64,000 nt of DNA from Candidatus Omnitrophota bacterium (GTDB lineage Bacteria > Omnitrophota > Gorgyraeia > 2-01-FULL-45-10). Both the position numbers and the translations under genes were made by a program. The notes below the pieces were generated by a model. It saw nothing but the letters and a program-made list of their open reading frames with translations, had not been told where the DNA came from and did no database searches. Numbering within the stretch: the stretch's first letter is position 1; each line of letters begins with the position of its first letter. This document shows, in pieces, positions 26,101 to 41,100 of the stretch. Location: positions 26 to 64,025 of the forward strand of contig JAGOLR010000002.1 of assembly GCA_017993955.1 (NCBI GenBank). The letters run 5' to 3'.

Positions 26101-29100
26101 CCTGTCGACATCGAATATACTGCACAGAAGCGCGGCAAGTCTCGCCTGGTCTTCTTCTGTTCCGCTGTATTTGCTCTTCTTTATACCCAAAAAATCGTAA
26201 GTGACATTGTCAGGCTCCGAGGTGTTCTTTACGTAACTATTGTAAAATCTGGCCTGTCTTCGGGCAAAGGTAGGTGAATATTGCCCGTCCGATATCATGA
26301 TAAACCATCTGTACGCGTCCCTTATCCTGCCGGACGCAAGATCCGCAAAAAGTTCATCGGATCTTCCTGTCGCTATGAAACGGTCATAGCGCCTTGCGAA
26401 CTCTTCCAGGTTGGCGTTTACCTCTTCGTAATAACGAAGGACCGATCTCTTTTCGTCTTCGGTCACATCGCCGCGCCATCCGCCGTCTTCGCCCTTCAGA
26501 CGTACAAGCGGCATGCCTTCCAGATCCACAAGCCACCCGTCCTCGTTCATCGCAGGTATCGCGTGGACCAGAAGCGCCCTTTGGGGCTTATTTAAAGCCC
26601 TCCAGAATGAAAGCCCTCTGACCCATTTCTGGGTCTCTTCATTCTTGTCCGCGCGCAGTTCGGGCAGGGCCGATACGATATCCCACGCCTTGCCGTGCCA
26701 TAATGTCCTGGCCCAGTTCCTAACTCCTTGCGCATTCAAGAACTGCCTCTTGAGGTCACTCAGTATATCCTCTTCTTCCTTGGTGAGTTCGCCGGACAAA
26801 TCCCTTATATACTCATCCACTCCGAGGGCCCTCAGGTCCTCTCCTTTTAAAACGCCTCTCTTTACGGCTACCTTAACCCATATATTGAATATCGCCTGCT
26901 CGGAGACCGAACTCATCCCTCTGTAGCCGACCGATTTTTTAACATCCTTTTCAACGGCGGATTCCTTTTCCAGTTTTTTCAATTTACCCAGAACGCTTTC
27001 GATTAGAGCGGTATTCAGATCCCTGTAAGATCTTGACAGGGCTTCTATAGCCTCTTTCTCTTCGGGCGCGAACTTATCGAGCTCCCCTAATGAGGCGTAA
27101 AACCTCTCCCAGTCACCGCCAAGTTTTTCGTTTACATATGCCGAAAGCCCCTTTAACCGCATATGGAGTTCCATGTTGCGCAATTTGCCGAGTTCGTAAC
27201 GGCCCTGGGCAAAATTCTCCAGTCGCTTCAGGTCTATGCCCATTGACTTCAGCGCTCTCTTCTGCCCGGGATAGCGCTCGAGCATCCATACATGCAGGGC
27301 TATCGAGTATTCATCCCCAAGCGAAGCTCCTAAGAACCACAGATCGTGATCGCCTAGTGTGAAGCGGTCCACAAGACTCATCATCTCTTCGAACTGACTG
27401 CCGCGGTCGAGTAGATCGCCGACGACCCATACATCGATGCCGGGATTACTCTTTGTAAGCCTGTCGAGAGAATCGGGTGAACCGTGAGTATCCGCGGATA
27501 TGAGCTTGCCGAAACCCGTACGTGATCTCGCCTTCTGCTCTTCCATGTCGTGCGCAAATAGCTCAAAGAGCTTCGTAAACCTGCCGCCGTCGTAAGTAGC
27601 GCGCCTCTCCGGAGTGACTCCCCCGTCTCTCCTGGTCATAAACTCGCCCGATACTATCACCGGGGCCTTGGTTCGGGACGCGATGAAGCTTTTGAACCCA
27701 TCGAGTTCCCCGGGCGTACCTATAGGACCGTAACGCCTGTTCCTTACATTCTCTTTATCGGAGCGTCCTTTTACAGGAGGGAATACGGTCATAGCATCAA
27801 GAACCTCTTTCGCGGTCTGGGCGGTGTCATTTACTATACAGTAAGTGAAGAGGTCCCCAAAATCACATCCAGTATGCTTCTCTATCTGTTCGTATATGTA
27901 TATGTAAGGGTTTATGCCGTTCTTCGCCCTCATGAAATCGGTTTCGTTATCATACATGGGATTGAATACGAATACGGCTATGGCGCCTCGCTCCCGCGCC
28001 CTTATTATGGCGTCGGTTATTCCTACGGGTAGCAGATCTACCAGGATACTGGTATAGAAACTCCCAGGACCTAGGACATAGAAATCTCCTTCGCCGAGGC
28101 TGTCTATCTCCTCTATGCATCTTTCATACGCCATAGGATATTCGCGGCGGTTCCCGAATGAAAGCTCAGATATCACCTTTTCATGGCGGGTATTAGTTAT
28201 TTCATCCTGGCCCACGATACTGGGGCTGCCGTCGGCAAAAGAGATAGACATCTCGCTGTCATTGAGATCTATGCTTGTGGGGAGCGCGACCATTACGTCC
28301 TCCACACCGGCTATATCGCGGCAAAACCTGTCTAGCCCGCGCTGGATACCTTCGGCCGAGAATATGCCTTTGCCGTATCCCTTCTCGAGGAGTATAGAGC
28401 CTAAAAGCGCCAGGTTCTGCACGGTATGATTGGCGAGAGGCATCCTGGGGAATAACCTGTCAACGGCCTGGGCGGATTCAAGGAGGTTTCTGGAGAAGTC
28501 GGACCAGCCCAAATCGCTTCTTAGCGTAGGGTCTTTCTCCCCTCTCTTCTGCTGATCTATCAATAGGCCCTCTACTATATCTGAGAACTTTCTACCCTTA
28601 CCGGCCAGTTCGTCTTTGCTGAACCTGTGGCCAAGTATCTCTTTTCTTTTACGGGGCCCGCGGTTTACAATAGCCTTGGCGATATCGCCTAAAGCCAGCG
28701 AATCTATATCGAGCTTATCCTTTAATAACCTCCGTATCTTCCCGGTACTCCTTCCCGCGTCGAAAGGCGTGATAGCCTTTCTGACAGACCAGCCGTATCC
28801 TCCGAAAGTATCGTCGAAGAACTGTATCCCCGCCCCTCCTCCGGATATAAGCACCTTCCTCTTCCTGGATGTACTGCCCCCCGTTATAGCGGGTAGGCTT
28901 GGGGGGGTCGCGGCTTCGGACTGACGCAGTATGGCGTTCCATATCTCTTCCGGGCTTTGCGCGGATTCTGATATATCTAAAGGCAGCGTCTCTTCCTTTT
29001 GAACCCCATCATCGTAAATAATAGCGGTCTTCTCCCCGGTCAAAATGGCCTGGCCGTAAGATATAGTCGCCCCGAGATCCACAGCCGAAGCTATACCTAA

Positions 29101-32100
29101 AAATAACGCTATGGCGGCAAGCCATCGGCCTAGATAAGACCTCTTCTCGATACGGCGCGGAGAGGCGCTACCGGGTCGTGCCTCTTCCATACCCGCAAGA
29201 AGCACATTATGCGCTTCCTCCAACTGCGGGGCCTCCATCATGCCATCCCTGAAGAATGACGACCCCGCCACAAATATATTGGCACCCGCAGTCAGCGCAC
29301 TCTTTATGGTATCGCCATTTATGCCTCCGTCTATTTCTATAGGCCCATCATAACCGTAATAGAACCTGAGGCGTCTTATATTGGACAAGGCTGAAGGTAT
29401 GAACTTTTGATTGCCAAGTCCCGGATGGACGCTCATCTGCAGGACGATATCTATATCCTGGCGGTGCTCCATTATAAATCTCCCGGCCGAGTCTATTTTT
29501 GTATTCGGATTAAGGGCAATACCCGCCATGGCTCCTCGGCTTTTTATATAACGTAAAAGCCTTAAAAGCTTGCCTTTGTCCTCGAAACCCTCCCAGTGGA
29601 GCGTCACTATACCGGCGCAATTATCAAGATATTTGGCTATGTAGCTTTTTGTAACGTTCTCGTCGGTATCCATAATGTGGAGATCAAAAAGAGGCGTGAC
29701 GCCGAGCTCGCGCCTGTGGCACTCGTCCAGAACATCTTTTAAGAACCGCGGCGTTATTTTGTCGGTCGTATCTTTGCCGCCTTTTTGCACTATCGCGTTA
29801 CCTCTGCCCCCGCTGTTATTTATGCGGTCAAGATGCACGATGGGCCTGCGGCCTTCTCCGGCGAAGATCTCTATGGCATCAACGGTACTTTTGACGCGCT
29901 CTCCGTCGGGTACATTCAATACCGAAGGCGATATCACGAATTCGTCTGCTACAAGCGACGCATGTAAAGGCAACACGTACAGATAATATACTACTGCCAA
30001 GAGCGGTATAAATATGAGCCAGATAGGATGTAAGAATACGCTGCTTAAGATCCCATCAGAAAATATATCCTGAGCGGCATCCTGTGCAAACGCCCGGCCC
30101 GGGAAAAGCATCGCGGCAGTTAATACTCCTATAGTCCCGAGAATATTACGTCTGTCAGTACCCCGTCCGGCTGGACGATATTGGGCCTGGACGTTTCCGG
30201 CCGGCCCCTCATCATCGAATGAGGCAGGCGAGCTACTTTTAACCTTTATCTCGCCATTCCTGTATTCGACATCGAATAGATTCATTATGCCGGCCCTATT
30301 GGGATCAAGTCTCATGTTATCCCAAGAGCTTACTATACGGGCTACCCCATTTTTACCGGCTACAGCGTTCTCCACGTCCTGCCATCGCCGCAGCACAAGC
30401 GATCTTGCCTTATGCGCCGGCAGTCCGGCCAACCTCAAAGCCTCCATGGCTTTTTTAGCGACCAGTATCTTCGCCGCATCCGAGTGGGAAAAGACGACGG
30501 GCAAGCGTTCAGGGCTAAAGCGATTATTTTCCGCAAACCACATCATCCCCCTGATATAGTTAGACCTGCTTCCGCTTCCTTGAGAGTTAAGGATAGATTT
30601 ATAATATGAGGAGCGGAATAAGGGCCATTTCCAGAAGTTCGTGTTCCACATTATTAGAAATGCCGTCAACGCTAGAGCCGCGATGGCAAGTTGCGGGTGG
30701 GTGGATACCTGCTCCCATATGGCGGATAATACGCCTTCGCCACTCTCTACAACAGCCCCCCTTGTCACATCTTCCGCAAAGACCGGTCCTGATGTAAAGA
30801 TAGCGGCAAGTAGCGCAAATATTAAGATCCGCATATGTGCGGCATAGCCATTTTGGCCTATTTGACGATCGTATCCGGACTTTGACACAGAATCGCTTCT
30901 TCTGCCGTAGTCTGGATCGAGATCCAGGTCCACAAGTGCCTCCGCTATGGCCTCGCCTCCTTCGACATGGGAAGGCGTATTATTTATATCCTCAGCCAGA
31001 GCCCCTTCTCCCTTAATGGCTATCATAGACCATGAGCCGTTATATTGAAGTCCGCGTATCATCGTGCTTCCCATGGATTCGAGAAGTTGACGGGCCTCCT
31101 CTACAACGGGATCAGTGAATTGCGTATTGCCCCAGCCGGCGAACCCGCCCTCGTCAGCTACCGCCAAAAGCACTATCTCGCCGTCGGGAATGCTATTCAT
31201 ATAATCGATGAACTCTATGAAACTCTCAACGTTGGCGCGATCGCCGCCGTAAGTATCGAAGTTCCTGGTCTCTTTCATTCTTATGCCGGTATTTCTATCA
31301 AGGATGGCTACATTGATACCGCGTCCGCCGGTGCCGCCACCGCCCCTAAAATATACCGTTTTTTCTCCTATGCCGAATGAGGCGTCGCCATGCGAAGTCG
31401 CCGTAAGTAACGGCCTGCTGTTAAGCGCCACGGCGGCTTGGCCTTTCGTAAATCTGTCCTTCAAAGCATTAAAAGCCTCTTTAGGATTGCCGTCTATATC
31501 GGCAACCCCGAAATATTCTTCGTCGTTACGACCATCGGGTTGTCCGGAGTTGTTCTCACCGCTGGTATCCTGATGGTTCGGGAACCCCAGCTTCCACCAT
31601 TCATCACGCAATTCAAAGACAAGCCCTCCTATGGCTGTGCCGGCGGTCCTCTCGGCGGAAAGCTCGAAAAATATCTCGTCCCAGAGCCATCCGTTCACCT
31701 CTGCCTGCATGGCCTCATTTTCGTCTGGTATCCTGTGGTCAAAGGAGTCTGCCCCGAATTCAGATATAAAGATCGGCTTGTCCGATATGGAGCGCCATTG
31801 TTGGAACACGTCTTCCATGCTTGTACCCCGGTATATACTAAGACCCCAGACATCTACGCTCGGAACGAGCGTATTTACAATATCGGTGGTATATGCGTAA
31901 CCGTTCATCTCTAACGGGAATTCTTCCGGGCTTAATACGTGGTAACCCGGCACATGCGGGTCTGCGAATACAGTAGATACCGGGTGGTTATTATCTATCG
32001 ACTTTATAAGTTGCGCGGCCCTCTCGGTGAAATCGGCAGCATCGAGGCCGGATGCGAATTTTCCGTAGTAGTAATTGATATCCCATTCATTTCCTATAGC

Positions 32101-35100
32101 CCACATAAGAATGGCCGGATGGTCCTTGTAAGCCTCCACTACCCTTCTAACATTATCCATATCGGCCACTACCCCGTATCGGGGAGAATCTACGGCCATG
32201 ATGAGCTTTATGCCCATCCTGTAGAAAGCGTCCAGTATCTCGAAGGCCTCGGGACCGGTCCCAAAATCGTAATAAACTCTCGCGACATTTACGCCCATCC
32301 TCGACATGAGCGAAAGGTCGGCTTTGTACCATTTATAAAATTCCTGGGTTATTGTCGATACGGGCGCGCCCTTGGTGTGAGGCGACCAGTTGACCCCGCG
32401 CGCGACAAATGAATATTCCCCGCCCAGAGTGCCGTCCGGGAGCCTCTCCCGCACGAATAAACGCCTGTCATGCTCTTCTGCGTAAGCCAGGCTCGGAGAC
32501 CTTGGCACCGGCGGCAGCGTCTCGAGCATTATATATCCCGCGAATTGCGATACAAGGCCTGCCCTGTCTTTCGCCTGACACAATATCTCCTTTATACCGT
32601 CACCTTCTGAAAGGGTCATCGCCTTTGAAGTAACGGGTGTCTCCCATGATGTCCAGTTCTCCCCGCCATCCAGAGAGAACCTCAAAGCGCTCAAACCCGA
32701 ACCGGAATCCCGAGCGTTTATATTGACGGTGACACTCCTTGAATCGGTGGTCTCTTCACCGCCGTTTATCGTCAAAACGCCGGTGGGCGGTATCGTATCC
32801 AGGCGTATATCAAAGCTGTATTCTGCCCTCCCGCCCGAGGAATTGGTCTCGACTATAACGCGGGTATTGAGCCCTTCCGAAAGCTGGAAAACAGTCTGTC
32901 TGGGCTCTCCGTCTACCGTATAATCCACAGTAAGCACAGGCGAAGTCGTTATCTCCGGTATCTGGCTCATGATAGCTATGACGGGGTTTATCACGTTAGG
33001 TTTATTACAACCTGTCTGCCCGAGCAGGGCTGGCAAACCCAGGGATGCCAACATAATATTTACAAATGTCCTGCGTGAAGTAAGGCCGCTATCAGAGACG
33101 CTACCGGCTTTACCGATCTCTACAAAAAGTCCGGGCCATATGACTTTCTCTATCGTCCGTCTTACCTTATTCAATATGGCCGCATCTTTAGACGGAGCGT
33201 TTTGAGGCTCCGCGATACCGGCCGCCTCGGCAACCTCATCCAATATGATGACAGTCTTATCTTTAAGCTCTCCCGGGAATCTCGCTTCCAGGGTGGCTTG
33301 CAATCCTTTGTTTACGAATATTATTACGGCAGCCTCTCGCACCTCTTCCAGCGTAGCGGGCCTTGAATCTACTTTCACCGGCTCCTCGCCGAACTCTTGA
33401 CGGAACGCCTCCGCAAGAGGAGCATTTGTAGCCCCCCAACCGAGCTCGCTTTGATCGCCGGCCGCGCCGGAGCTCACCTTCATATATCTAGACAGTTCAT
33501 TTTTATTTATGAGATGGTTAAGGACCATCTGCATGGCGGGACTTCTGTTGTAATTAGAATTACAAACGCATAGTATGGGACCGGCCGGTCTAACCCACTT
33601 GGACTCGGTTTCGGCTACATAGCCCACTCTATCTGTAATACCGTTATTCTCTTCTACAGAAAAAGTATGCTCGTCAATAAAAGCCTTCTCCTCACCGGAT
33701 CCGGCGAGCGCCCAGATGTCAGCCGTTTCGATCTCAGGCGACATGGGCTTTATGCCTTCGGCGACCTCCCACGCGGTATTAGAAAAGGTGGCTTCCTTGG
33801 CTACAAGGTGGCGCATCCTAAGCGACAACTCTATGAGACCGTAACCTTTAGAGGCAGATCTGGACGAACTCGAGGCGTCTGCAATATATTGATAGATAAT
33901 AACCCCGATCAGAACCGCCAGAAAGACGCTAACCCCGAAGATGACATAATGATTAAATGTAAAATTTTTGAGTGCCGCAAATGAAAGATTTAAGATCACC
34001 GGCTGGACGGATTCCGTAAACGGTCCCGCGGCTTGCGCTGAAGCCGAGCCGGCGATAAATACCGCGGTTAAGAACGCGATCATTGGAGCAAGGCCTCGTA
34101 AATTACCCGAACTTCCGGCATCTTTTCTTTCCGCCGGGGCGTTGGCGATGGCTTTGAAGCCTTTCAACGCATCATCAACCATAGGTCTTAGTCTCGGATC
34201 CAGCTTGGCCGCATGCCTAAGATCTCTTTCGCCCTCGTCTTCCATATTAATAGCAAAATATAAAAGTCCCCTGTTATAATATGCGTTTGCAAAGTTAGGA
34301 TCGATCTTTATGGCTTTATTAAAATCATACAGCGCGAGACCTAGTAGGCCTGGCCCTTGCACGTAACTAAAACCACGGTTATTATAAGTAGATGCTTCGA
34401 TCTCATTCTCGGGGCTCAACTCAATAACCTTCGTCAGATCCTGAATAGCCCTAGGATAATCCCTTAATATGTCAAAGTATATACTACCCCTCATCTTGTA
34501 CGCATTAACATAACCTGGGTCTATGCTTATAGCGCGGGAAAAGTCTCGTAATGACTCCGGATACCTGCCCGCCACAAAATAACATGTCCCCCTATTATTG
34601 TAAGCATCGGGATTGTTGGGATTAAATTCTATAATTTTGGTAAAGTTATATATAGCTTTTGGATGATCCAGACCTAAGATGCCGCATGCAGCCACAAGAT
34701 TTTTATAAGCGGTATCGTTCCGGCCATTGAGTTCTAATGACTTGATAAAGTCTGATATCGCTCCAGGCACTCTGCCCAGCGCTAAATGGCATATTCCTCG
34801 TAAATTGTACGCTAGATCAAAATCCGGATTATGTTCTATGGCTTTATTAAGCGCGGTTAAAGCGTCATTATATCTATCTTGCTCGAAAGCCCTTTCTCCC
34901 TGCGTATAATATTTTGTGGCTTCGCTGATCCGGGCCGCGATATCACCTGCGTTCTCTTTGACATCCACATCGCCCGCTCGATGGCTGGGCAATATGCTGA
35001 ATAAACCGGATATTGCAAGAAATATAACCGCTAACCGCATCATAACTTTCATGGCAATCTTCTTTGATCTTGTGGCGCGATCTTCCTGATATACCACCCC

Positions 35101-38100
35101 GGAATTGTCAGCCAAGATATAACTTAATATTCGCCATGTTATGTAAGATGGTACCAATGCGGCAATTACTAATAAAAACGTTCTGGGAGTCACTGAAAAC
35201 CACGAGAAGTTGAATGCTTCTGACCCGCTTTGCGCAAATGCCGAGCCGGAGGCGAGCATGGCGGCGAGGAAGATGCCGAGCGTGCCTGTTATACCCGGGC
35301 TTTTTCCTTGCGGAGATTCGGGTTTCTCCGCAGTAGCCGTTTCCTCTTGGGGAGCATCCTTGATCTCTTCTTCGGCTCCTTCGGCCGGAACCCAATATCC
35401 CGCAGAACTTCCTCCGCCACTATAAGCGTCAAAGTACCCAGAATCGCTGTAGTCAGAATATCCGGTGTCGTTGTTGTTATCTTCGTACGAATTCCGTACT
35501 AGATCTTCATGATGAAGCCAATTTTTCCCACCGGTAATGCCGGCCATTAAGAAAAAGGTGGCGATGACAGGAAGCATCATTAAACAAGCGCTAAGAAAAC
35601 CGGGGAAGATTCCGATTATGTAGCTGAAAACTACCTCGAATCCGCTATGCGAAGTTTGAAGAGACGTGGCGCAGGCGATTGTGAAGTTAATTACCAAAAA
35701 TAATAGCGATGGCAACAATCCCAGACACATAGCAAGATCATTGCGTTCCGAGTCATGCGGCCTGCGTGAATATAGGCCAGCGATTACCCCTGTTATGGCC
35801 GGTACAACAAACATGAAAGTTATAAACGGATGCGATGATATCGCAAAATAAAAAGTTGATAATATTTTAGTTGCGCCGATATTTGTCGCGATACCGTCTG
35901 CCCATGCGCCGCTGGAGGCGAGCATGGCGACGAGGAGTATGTCGAGTTTGCCGGCCGTGCCCGGCCCATTCTTAGTCGTCCCTCGTCCTTCGTCCCTCAT
36001 CCCTCGATCTTCCATACCGTTCTGGGGAACGTCCCCGGCCTTGTTTCGCTTTTGCCCTTTCACTACATTAAGAACGGCGGGGGCATCTGTTATCGTTACA
36101 GTAGTTGAACCATATGAATTACCATAAGCGTCATACTCTTCCTGTTCTTCTTCGTGAGTTTTTGCCGGTACATATTCTACAGTAAAATCATACCCATTCT
36201 TCAAGCATTCCTTAATAACGTCCATCTGAGATGACGTAATATTCGCATCGTTGCCATCAAGAACATTAAGGGTATTCAGAATGCTTTTTACCAAGCCCGG
36301 GTCCGAAACCCTTTTAACGGCTTCCGCTATACGTTCTTTCTCGTACCCAACCCCCCATTGATTATGAACCTTATCGCTTTCTATCCTCTCCAATGCTCCT
36401 ACAACATAATCCGGCATTGTGCTGTCTATAAGCTCCTGCAGATCATGTCCCATAGATACGAGAATAGAAGCGCACACATCGCTTTCAAGAGCTTTAATCG
36501 CAGCGGCGCGAAAACTGGTTCTAAGATGAATGATGCATTTTTCAGTAATGCGTGTACGTAATTCGACTAATAAGCCATCATCGGCTCCAAGTTTTTTTGC
36601 CGCATCTATGATTGGTTTTTCCACATCACTATATAACCCATTAGCAAAGTTACCATGATCTATATACTGCTCCAGTAATGAGATAGCTCGCGGATCGCCG
36701 AAATTACCGAGCTCTACGACTACCTCCTCAGCAACATATCCGGAGGTGTAGTATTTCAACAATACATCCTTATGAAGCTGGAACAATTCTTCCCGCGTGG
36801 CGCCAAGATCTTGATACGCCCTTATCAATGCCCTGTACACAAAACTGCTCCCGGATTCGGCAAGCGGAGACAAAAGTTTCATGACAGACTTATCACCAGA
36901 TTGCCCCAAAACCTCTACTGAAGCTGCTAGTCTATCTCCCTCAACTGAACGCCAATTTTTAACAAGCCTAAGCGCCTGAGGATGGGATATTTTTTCGCCT
37001 GACCTTGGCATCCCGATATCTTTACGTGCAGTTTTATTCGCAAGTCCGGGTTTTTCGCCAGAAGATGCCTCCGATACAGGCTTTTCCATTCGAGAAACTT
37101 CTCCTACGCTTCTTTTAAAAGCGTTTCCCATAACGATATTTAACAAAGAAAGTCCCGCCAGAGGTAGCCAGAAGCCCGAACAGTAAGAAAAATATTCGGT
37201 CGCGAGAACTGTTAGGAATAGATATGCGGTCAGGCCCAAAAACTTATGATCTCTGAAATAGGAGACGGCTTTAAGCATTACCCTGGAAAGAGTCGGACGG
37301 TAATTATCTAGATATCCATACGCAAAGCTCGCTACGATTACCCCGAAGCTGACCGGATGAAAAGGCGCCATTAAAAATACAACTGCCGGGACGCCAACTT
37401 TGGCAGGATTTATATCGCGCTTAAATACCTTCTTTGCTATGAGCCATATAATGGCGCTCGCCAAAAAGACTATGGCTGTAACGATTATGCCATCTATGAA
37501 AAGCTGTCCTAAACTTAAAAGTGGCGCACCGTAAGGTGTGACCTGTATCGGGAGCGTGCCGGTAGGACCTGCCGGAAGAGGCATATGCCCTCCCATGGAA
37601 GGACCTCCGAAATACGACGGTTGCGCAGCTGCCAATCCGGACGCGAGCATGGCGGCGAGGCCGCCTAACAGGAAAGGAATAAAAGAATGCGCCCGCAAGG
37701 ATGGTGTGGACCGGCGACCTCTGGTCTCGAGCCATTTTTTGAGTGCTTCTATCTCTGAGAGACGCCATCTCTTCTTAGCCTCAACCTTAGCTGCGTCGCC
37801 TTTTATCTCTTCCCATCTGGCGAATTGGGCATCTACAAAAAGGTCCTCGCCTAAAACCCTGTAGTTATCTAAAGGCGGCAACGTACGCCTGAATATATCC
37901 ACGCCTGAAATAGGAATCGCTCCCGAATATGCGGTAAGTTTTCTCCTTATGACCTGGGCCATCGGTAGTTTCTCGCCCCTCGCCGCCTTTTTCAGTGTTT
38001 CAAGCCCCACCACTTCGTAATTGGCCTCAAGCCCCGGAGCGATCTCTTTGGCGGTTACCTTAAGCTTGGATGATGCAATGCGGGTGAACTCCTTTTCCCC

Positions 38101-41100
38101 ATCCACGACTACTACTATATCTATATCGTTAGGGCTATCGGACCATGCGTAACTACCCATCAGATATATAGAAACCAGGGGCTTATCCGCGGAAATCATC
38201 CCATTCTCGTATAGGGTAGCGACGACGGCCGGGATCTTGGATCGGATAATTTGTATTTTTGAAACGGCCTTATCGGTCTTATCTTTGCTGTCGGCAATAC
38301 TATGCCACATCCAGCTCCTGGTCTTAAGGATATCGGCAATGGACCTGATGCTCCGTATTACCATTCCTTCGCGCGACAGGTCTAAAGTCCCCGCGTCCAG
38401 TTCCCAAGGAGCTACATCCGGTGCGTATTCGGGAGCGAGCCTTCCCGTACGTATGGCTTCGGCCACACGGTCATGCACTGCCTCAGGCAGCGAAGACGCT
38501 CCGCCCAACCTGAGCACAAGCTGCGCAGGTTTATCAAGCACAGTATTGCTATACTGCATTGGGCTACCGTACACATCATAATATTCCTCTTCCTCCTCAT
38601 GTGTACTGGGCGGGATATATTCGGCCCTGACAGCCTGGGCCGCCTCTATGAAAGATGTTACGAGCTCTATTTGCTGCAAGGTCATAACCGCATAATCGTC
38701 ACTATAACCGTATGTGCGCGAACCTTCCTTGACATGCGAAAGATACGGGACCATAGAAGCAAGGAGCGGGTTGCTTATGGCAATAAGAGACCCGGCACTC
38801 GCAGACCTGACCCTGCTATCGGTGTCGCCCACCCCACTTAACAATGGTATGACCGAACGCTCATCTTTTATCTTTCCTAAAGACGCCGCGGCGGCGGCGC
38901 GGTCTAACCGGGAGGATTTATCGGCCAATATGGCTATAAGCGGCTCCGCAGCGCGGATGTCGCCGGATTCGCCTAGCGCCGTTACGGCTGCGTTGGCTAC
39001 ACCTTTATCGGGGTCGGTAAGCGCGTCATTGATAAGCTCAAACGCGGATCGATCCTTTATCGCGCCTAAAGTCTGCACAGCTGATTTACGTGTATTGGCA
39101 TCCTCATCAGAGAGTAGAGTCTTTAATGCCGGTATAGCCGGTGCCCCCACTTCACCCAGCTTATTCCAGTCACCGGTAGCGACCGCATACGCTATCTCTT
39201 CACCTTTATTTACGGGTTTCCATTCCAATTTTTTCAGCGAATCCGCCGCTATCCTGCGGTTAACGGTATCCGAATCTGACAGGGCTACTACTAGGGCAGG
39301 GGCGGCTTTCTTGTCCCCTATGGCGCCTAATGCCTCTGCAGTTTTACCGCGGACCGCCTTTGACGGGTCCTGGATTAAAGGCTCTAACGCCTTAACTGCT
39401 GTGGAAGCTTTTACCCTGCCGAGTATGGTCGCCGCGCCGGCGCGTATATGCTCATCCGCGTTCTTCAAAGCGGCAATAAGGAGCGTCTCCCTGCGAGGAT
39501 CCTGAATATTGATTATCGCGGTGACAACCGTCTGATGTAATTCAACCTCTGCCAATAAACCGATAAGGCTTTCCAGGGCGCGCGGATCCTTTATCTTCCC
39601 AAGCGCCTCCGCGGCCGATTTCCTTACGCCCTCTGCCGGATCTTTCAGTAATCCTACGAGGGGGATAACAGCCCGCGAATCGCCTATCTCGCCCAGCGAC
39701 CATGCCGCGAGCTGCCTCTTATACTCGTTCTGCGCCGCAAAACATTTTATGAGGTCCTGGACAGCCGGCACATCTATATTGGCCAGAGCTTCGGCAGAAG
39801 CCCGCCTTATCGCGTGTTCCCGGGAATCAAGATTCGATATCAATGCGGCAATAGCCCTCACTTCTTTGATCTTACCTAAAACACGCGAAGATGAAACTAC
39901 AACCTCTTTATTCCGGCTTGAGAGCCCGGCCAATAAACGCGGGGTAGCGCGCGTTCCGAGTAATACAAGCGCCTCTTCCGCCCTCGCAGGAACTCCGTAT
40001 TCATAACTCCCAAGCCGCCACATATGCCAGCGCACAGGGAAAAATAAACGCCATATGATAAAGAACGCGGCGGTACCCAGCGCCAACCCTGCCATCGACG
40101 CGACAACCACGAATCCCAAAGGATGCGCTGCAAAAAGCTCATGGATGATTGATGATAATGTCTTTGTGCCAAAATTTGATGTGCTTTCGCCTGCAAACGC
40201 CGAAGCTGAGGCGAGCATGGCGGCGGTCGTGGCGATAAGAAGAACAGGAAGTTTCGTCGTTCGCGATTTGCCATCGACTTCTTCAGCAAATCGTCCCGAG
40301 CGAAGCGAGGGATCTTGTTCGTAGTTCGTATTTCGGATAATATTAGAAGTATCCTCAAAAAGCCGGTCGATTCCGGAATCTATAGTTCTAATTTCATCGA
40401 TCGCTTTCTCCATATCGCCTTCCCCACCCTGCATTATCCGAGTAAGGTTTTCGACGGCCGTTTTCCGCGCTCCATCTAATCTATCCAGTTCGGTTCCGTC
40501 TATCAAGGCAGGCATATTCTCATACGTTCTATCAAGCAGCGGGACCTGATCAATAACCGCTTCAGCAGGCACTGTGGTATTCGGTGGATAGGTGTCTAGT
40601 CCTGTTTTTTCCGAGTTGGGGACCGCAGAGCCTTCGCCTTTTTTAAGAAACGGCTTAACATTAATAGATAAAACTGACTGTACAAGCCAGTCGCTTCGGT
40701 AAGGATATGACGCATACTCTTTCCTGTCCGGATCCCAAACATAGATCACGGCGCGGCGCCCATCTACGGTCGCAATAAGACTGCCATCGCCGATAGGATA
40801 CGAATTCTGGAGCCAGTCAACTACATAATTATCTCCGTTGACAAACGGCAATCCCGAGAAATCATATATCTTCGCCACTTTATAATCTTTATCCAGGAGA
40901 ATTACGCGGCCGTTCTGGCTATCGGACAGGATATATCCTCCGTTATAATAGATCGCCCCATGCGGTTTATTAAGGTCTTTCAATACAATGCGCGTCCGAC
41001 CCGTAGCCTTCTCTATCTCGATAAGCTGGCCCGGATCAAAAAGAGTGGCCATTATAGTATTCCCATCACGGCCGTAATCGGCCCAGTTCGGACCTGCGCC

